NCBI RefSeq assembly: GCF_004010195.1 | Contig: NC_057719.1 | Span: 47,927,748-47,969,331, forward strand | Origin: Chiloscyllium plagiosum | Lineage: Eukaryota | Length of the DNA: 41,584 nt | Direction of reading: 5' to 3' | Shown here: positions 36,026-41,584 of the stretch, piece after piece | Position numbering within the stretch: the first letter of the stretch is position 1 | Layout of the letters: the number at the start of each line of letters is the position of its first letter | Program-made: the position numbers and the translations under genes | The notes under the pieces: model-generated | The model's input: the letters and a program-made list of their open reading frames with translations, nothing else | Database searches by the model: none | What the model was told of the DNA's origin: nothing

Positions 36026-37552
36026 ATGGTGTTGTGTGCCAGTTTGATTTCAATTGTGCTATAGGCAACCCTGGTAAGCCTTGTCCCCATTCAAATAGGT
36101 CACACTACGAAAGTGAAATATAACATTTCCCTATCTTCTCTAACAATTTGTTTCTTCAAAGTCACAACAGAATATTTAGCAGGGATGAAGTGGTCTGTTA
36201 CACCCTTACTTCAGCAAAAGGCTGTTTGACCTCTTTTCTTCTCTTGAATCCCAACAAAAGAGTATGGAATGCTACTAAAGTGTTTACCGGACATACCATT
36301 TCTTTTGATTATTACTTATCCCCACCTGCTAGCTGTTTATGGACTTCTTCCAATAAGTCCAGAGTAGTCCATCCGAATTGTTACAATGATAAAGGATGGG
36401 GGTGTACTTACATTAATGTGACCAAGACTACTCCCTGCGTGATGATTAAAATGTGCCAGTCGCAACTGTTCCCCTGTAGGGGCTCGCATCTCATGCGTAT
36501 GCATTGGGGATATAATGTGTCTCTTATCGCTGGTATTCAGGCCCTTTGTGGAATGGGTAATAGCGCCCACCTTCATTAGGATACCCCTAATGGCACCCAT
36601 ATCTTCCCAATTGTGGGATGGAAGGAACCAGTCTGAAACAGTAACCATATGTCTTTCCAAAAGACCTATCTCTTTCTATTGAACAGCTTTCACCTCAAAC
36701 ACTCAGGGCAGCCGGGAAGTCACAAAGACAGGCTCGCTTTTTATTGGGAAGCTCTCTCCATCATTTACACTAAATCTGGTTACTATTTTTTTTTAAACAA
36801 AGGCAAAGCAACCAATTTCCTGGCTCTTAATAAAAAAGGCACTCCCGTGCTGTAGCTGTAGGAACATGGTTCCCTGTCAATTACCTGGTAATGGGAATGG
36901 GATTTCCCTGTCAAACGTTCAATCTCATTGGAGTTCTGCGCAAGTTGGAAGAATCTAAAGGCTTTGAGCACCACTAAGGGTCACTTTCTGGGGTATGCAT
37001 TTCTTAGTATTTTCTTCGTAGGAGGGTCTGCAGGAATTATTAGCCATCAAAACTGAAATTCTCTCATTTGCGGTCTCACCCTCGAGTAACGAGACAACAG
37101 GGGTTAAGGACATGCTTTCAGAATTATGCCTATTGTCCTAACAAAACCAGTATGCCCTTGACTACATACTTGCCAAAGAAGGTGGAGTTTGCGCCATAGT
37201 CAAAGGCAAATGCATCATGGGCGTCACTAACCTCATAGATAACATGCGCACCTTCATCAGCCAAATGACTGAAGGAGCAGGATGGGGAGATTTGGGTTTT
37301 GACTCATGGTACAACTGGCTGATAAATATGGCTGTGTATACTACTATTGCTTTAATTGGTCTTTTTGTTGGAATTGCTATTGTTAAGTGTATTATTGCTA
37401 AAATATTAACTTTTATTGACAGCATCGGTTCCACCCAGAAAACGCTTCTTCTCCATTCAGATGGAGATGAGGAGGAGCCATTGCCACCTCCTACTTCTTC
37501 CTTGGGGGAGGAGGAAGTATGGCAGTCTCTGGCGTCCATTCGGTTAAACTGA
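36026..37552 (+). pseudogene. ERV env pseudogene with a filovirus-GP2-like TM subunit
   Basis: Hydrophobic signal-like MVLCASLISIVL, then a Cys/N-glycan-rich SU and VKR|SIS at 36910-36927. Fusion loop, ISD QNQYALDYILAKEGGVC, Trp-rich MPER and TM helix in ORF 37217..37552. Several stops and frameshifts. Confidence 0.88.
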
Positions 37553-37609
37553 TCTAATTTGTGCCCTCATATCTTATGGGGTGGTCATAGAATGACCAAA
37601 GGGGGGAGA

Positions 37610-38201
37610 TGAAGATCTAAAATCTGGATTTAAGTTGTCAGGAGCAACCATTTAATGCATGCTTTTACTAACTACAAAATGGCTTCTTAATGCAAGTAAC
37701 AGAAAATAACAAAACAAAATGGTTTCGAGGAGCAATGACATCTAACTCTGCTTAAAACTGCTTTCCTGAACTAATTGAAAGATTAGCAAACAATGCCCTT
37801 TCATAGTATGAATTAACTAAATAAGATATGACATTATTAAAGTATCCTAAATTGACCTTGGAAACCAGGGGTCCCGAAGATAAAGAAACGTAAAACAAGT
37901 CAGTTCCCAGAAAATATCATTGGCTTAATTTTATGTCTATTTGTCATTTTCTTACATTTATTGGATTAATTTTGCAATTAAGGCTGTTCTGTTTGTTAAG
38001 AGACCTATAAAAATTGTCAGGGTTTTAAGGTTGTGTGCAGCTTTTCCAGAGTACACAGAGGGGCTTAACCCCTGCGTTGCTAGATAATCTATGCCTGGAA
38101 TCATAATAAATTGTTAAAACTTGCAAAGAAAGACTGATCTGCTAGTGTTTATTTGACCGATCGCAGAACTGAGAGGTCCCTCCCAGGGGTCCAGATTTAC
38201 A
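37610..38201 (+). promoter_or_regulatory. ERV 3' LTR (592 bp) with TATA box and polyadenylation signal
   Basis: Follows the PPT. TATAAAA at 38006 and AATAAA at 38105. The end ccagatttaCA mirrors aaatctgg near the start. Confidence 0.85.
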
Positions 38202-38250
38202 ATCCCAGTTTCTTCACAAAGACAGAGCAGAAATGAAATCAATACATTAC

Positions 38251-38324
38251 CTGGATTGCAGAACAGTGTGTCATGTTAAGAGATTTACATATCCAGCAAC
38301 AAAGCCAGGTACTTTGAACAGCTG
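38251..38324 (-). CDS. tbpl2: Candidate upstream tbpl2 exon (74 nt; ATG at 38274 gives MTHCSAIQ, in phase with the 422-nt exon)
   Basis: Branch-like ctctaac, pyrimidine tract acttcccctttcacag| and donor CAG|gtaatg, phase 0. Only weak similarity to known TBPL2 first exons. Confidence 0.35.
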
Positions 38325-39099
38325 CTGTGAAAGGGGAAGTACACAAACCAAGCATGGGGTTAGAGTGAGGTTATTTAATGAGTTAGCATTTTGAATAGAA
38401 TAGGGTGCCAGCTAAGTGGAGTGCTTAAGGTAAGTGTTGCAGGATGGGGGTAGTAGGTCATTATAGGGCTGGTAGCAAAAGGGAGGTGATGTTGGGGCCA
38501 GAAGTGGGGGCAGTGGTTGGCTGCTGCAACAACTCTGGCCATTGATATATCTGAACCAATAACACTGTTCTAGTTAAAGACAATGTATTGATGAAAATGT
38601 CATCAAAAAAAGGGTTGGTACAAAAAGGGATTTGAATTGAGATACATTGCACAAATTAACACAGGCCACTCAGGCTTTTAAACAAAATGGTAGGTGTCAA
38701 AGGCAACAGGGAGGGATGATTTTTTTTTCCTGTTTGCCTCTTCTTTTGTCGTGAGTTTTGAAAAAAAAATTATTTTTAAGAAGTGCAAGAGGCAGTGGTG
38801 TACTTCCTCAAAACCTGTTTGTAAAGTCCAATTCAAAGTGACTCAGGAAATTCTTCAGGGTCAAACAAAGCCAGGTTTATAACTGCAATTAAAACCCATG
38901 AGAATAATTTGAAACACGTTCACACACACATCCAGACAAGAAGAGAAAGACAAAAGTGGAAATGAGAGGAGTCACAAATTACTTAAAGTTGGGTATTATT
39001 CACATGATCATGAGTCCAGTAAATCTTCTTTTAGTTGACAGCACACACAAGTCCATTTCACAGAAACTGTTTTAGGTCCCTTATTTTAGCAAATACTTG

Positions 39100-40645
39100 T
39101 ACTGGTATTGGAAGCAGTCCAGAGAAGGTTCACTAAGTTGATTCTGGTATGGAAAGATGCTCTTATGTTGAGAGGGTGAGCAGGTTGGGAGTATACTCAA
39201 GAGTTTAGAAAATTGAAAGGAGACCTTATCAAAATATACAAGATTCTTCAGTACTTGACAACATAGATGCAGAATGATTAGGAGGTGCCAGTGTTGATTG
39301 GGGTGGACAAAGTTAAAAATCACAACACCAGGTTATGGTCCAACAGGTTTATTTGGAAGCACTAGTTTTCGGCAAGTACTTATGTGACTCGGTCAACGTT
39401 GTCTCTCTCATACGCTGCAGGCGAGGATGCCGTGAGGCATGGTACATTGGTGAGACCAAGCAGAGGCTACGGCAACAGGTGAATGCACACTGCACAAAAC
39501 TCAACTAACAGAAGTGTTCCCTCCTAGTTGGAGAGCACTTCAACGGTCAGGGACATTTGACATCAGACCTTCGAATGACCGTCCTCCAAGCAGACTTTGC
39601 GACAGGTAGCAACGCAAAGTGGCCGAGCAGATGCTGATAGCCAGGTTCGGTACCCGTTGGGATGGCCTTAACCAGGACTTTGGGTTCATGTCACACTACA
39701 GGTGACCCCACTGCACCCACGCACGCACACACACTCTGAAAACCCATACGCTAACACATACACTCCCACACCCTACCCTCTCACAGACTTATAACCCTTT
39801 ACACTCTCACATACACACACTCTCTCAGACACTCATACTCATGTGCCCTCCAAACCTTCGCGCACACACACCCACATAAGTTTGTGGAGTGAATTTGTAC
39901 TTGCAGAATTACATTTTATTTTGCTCAAAAACTGCATGAATCCATGTAAGAGTCTGTAAATCCCTTTTGTTAAAGATTAGAGTCAGTCTGAACGTTGGAG
40001 CACAGACAGCCTCACACAGGGAACCTCACACCTTCAATGCATTATCTGGGCCAACATGACACCTATTGTTATAATTCACTTGAGAATGTAACTAAGAAAG
40101 TTCTGGAATATACGTATGAAAGAATTGAAACCAACATGCTCATTTTAAAAGAAGAGAGACTTAAACAATCCAGGTCTTTTTCAATATATAATTTCAGTGA
40201 CATCACACTTAAACCTTTGCTAGAAATTGTGTCCTACAATCTTATACTCCACAACCACTTGATGAAGGAGCTTTAAAGTGCTTCCAAATAAATCTGTTGG
40301 ACTATAACCTGATGTTGGGAGATTTTCAACTCTATGCAGAATGATTGTTTCCCCCTCTGACAGCATCTGGGACCAAAGGGCACAATCTTAAAATAAGGGA
40401 TCACTCTTGAAGGTGGAGACTACGATTTTTTCCCCCCTCAGAGGAAGGTGAACCTATGGAATGCTTACCACAGAAGGCTGTGCTGTTAATGCTGAGATAG
40501 ACAGATTTTTAATCAGGAAGGGAATCATCAATGGGTATGGGAAAAAGACAGAAAAACGGAGTGGAGGATAATCAGACTGGTCATGATCCCAACAAATGGC
40601 AGAGCAGATATAATAGGCAAAATGTCCATTTCTGCTTCTACATCC
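39100..40645 (+). mobile_element. Old CR1 3' fragment split by the Penelope insertion
   Basis: ttggaagcagtccagagaaggttcactaagttgattc before the insertion, and ggaatgcttaccacagaaggctgtg...gagatagacagattttt after it. Confidence 0.75.
39280..40333 (+). mobile_element. 5'-truncated Penelope-like element: inverted pLTR, GIY-YIG endonuclease remnant (39371-39705), 3' region and pLTR
   Basis: CDSVNVV.LIRCRRGCREAWYIGETKQRLRQ...VGEHFN...GLNQD. Flanked by the 13-bp direct repeat atgcagaatgatt (39267-39279 / 40334-40346). Confidence 0.9.
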
Positions 40646-41138
40646 TGTGGAATTACTTAAGGTGCAGTAGTTAATTGGACGTTGGTTCACTTCTTTCCAA
40701 AAAGAAAGGGACCCATTTTTGAGAGACCAAGATGAGAGGCAGATGTTAGCTAAGCCTGAAGCTATTTACTCTTCTGGTGTTGAGGAAAGTAGTCAAAAAA
40801 CAGTAAAGTTAAAGGCAACTCAAACAAATCAGCAGTTTGTCATTAGATTGGTGCACTCAGTGAATGAGGTGTGGTTTGATGTCCAAGCCAAAACCTATGG
40901 TATTTTATTGCAGATAACTAAGCAGTCATTCACATCAAGTTAAGTCATAGTGGGTTACTATTATCTCCAATGTTCAGGACTGGCTATATTGGTCATCTAG
41001 TCGACTATTCCTTTATATTAGCTTGGCTGCAACATTCATAAAATGTAAGGAGTGAGAGTCCAGGAGGATGGTGCATGCTTTGTACTACTGATCAGAACTT
41101 TGCAGAATTTGTGGTCAACTGGCATCATGTGATGAGAG

Positions 41139-41577
41139 GTAAAAACAATGACTGCAGATGCTGGAAACCAGATTTTGGATTAGCGGTGCTGGAAGAACAA
41201 TGACTGCAGATGCTGGAAACCAGATTTTGGATTAGCGGTGCTGGAAGAGCACAGCAGTTCATGCAGCATCCGAGGAGCAGCAAAATCGACGTTTCGGGCA
41301 AAAGCCCTTCATCAGGAATAAAGGCAGAGAGCCTGAAGTGTGGAGAGATAAGCTCGAGGAGGGTGGGGATGGGGAGAGTGCCTGCAGGTGTCTCCCCATC
41401 CCCACCCTCCTCTCATTTATCTCTCCACCCTGCAGGCACTCTGCCTGTATTCCTAATGAAGGGCTTTTGCCCGAAACATCGATTTTCCTGCTCCTCGGAT
41501 GCTGCCTGAACTGCTGTGCCCTTCCAGCACCACTAATCCAGAATCTGGTTTCCAGCATCTGCAGACATTGTTTTTAC
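41139..41577. mobile_element. Palindromic Penelope-derived element (two inverted pLTRs) with a 52-bp tandem duplication in the left arm
   Basis: Mirror ORFs 41210..41509(+) and 41259..41558(-), centred on cctgcagg at 41381-41388. 41144-41195 is repeated at 41196-41247. Confidence 0.85.
41284..41319 (-). ncRNA. Minimal type I hammerhead ribozyme motif
   Basis: The minus strand reads AUUC-CUGAUGA-A-GGGC(UUUU)GCCC-GAAA-CGUC-GAUU. Stem I is weak. Confidence 0.55.
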
Positions 41578-41584
41578 TTAAAGG

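Larger units (their letters stand above)
33783..38201 (+). mobile_element. Degenerate, internally deleted endogenous retrovirus (5'LTR stub, gag, RNase H, IN, env, PPT, 3'LTR)
   Basis: 33783-33856 matches the 3' LTR start at 37610-37680. PPT aaaggggggaga at 37598-37609. TG...CA ends with ATCA/ATCC flanks. pol and env motifs lie in retroviral order. Confidence 0.92.

Noticed and set aside
36026..37552. Co-opted syncytin-like gene, or a direct filovirus integration
   Set aside because: Stops and frameshifts (36121, 37054, ~37084, 37139) rule out an intact Env. The LTR/pol/PPT context shows a retroviral origin.
41210..41558. Two near-identical 99-aa ORFs on opposite strands
   Set aside because: A by-product of the palindrome, with no evidence of coding function.

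Overview
This is vertebrate genomic DNA, most likely from a shark or other elasmobranch (inferred from HE1-like V-SINEs and HER1/CR1-type LINEs). The only host gene I can support is a TATA-binding-protein paralog on the minus strand, most likely tbpl2 (TBP2/TRF3). It has four clean GT-AG coding exons (31011-30590, 7662-7575, 6111-6020, 5902-5735) and a candidate upstream exon (38324-38251). I could not find the last two expected coding exons, so they probably lie left of the window. The rest is intronic or upstream DNA packed with retroelements: many CR1 LINE copies (one near full length with an SGNH-esterase ORF1), a second APE/RT LINE family, a Tx1/L1-clade insertion, HE1-like SINEs, solo LTRs, and Penelope-like elements whose termini carry minimal hammerhead-ribozyme motifs and form long palindromes. 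The most striking item is a decayed, internally deleted endogenous retrovirus at 33783-38201. Its pol remnants are gamma/epsilon-like, but its env TM subunit resembles filovirus/reptarenavirus GP2: a Cys-flanked internal fusion loop and the motif LICGL..xNETT..EL..S..N..ALDY.L..GG.C. Boundaries of decayed repeats are approximate. Family names come from motif recognition, not database searches.
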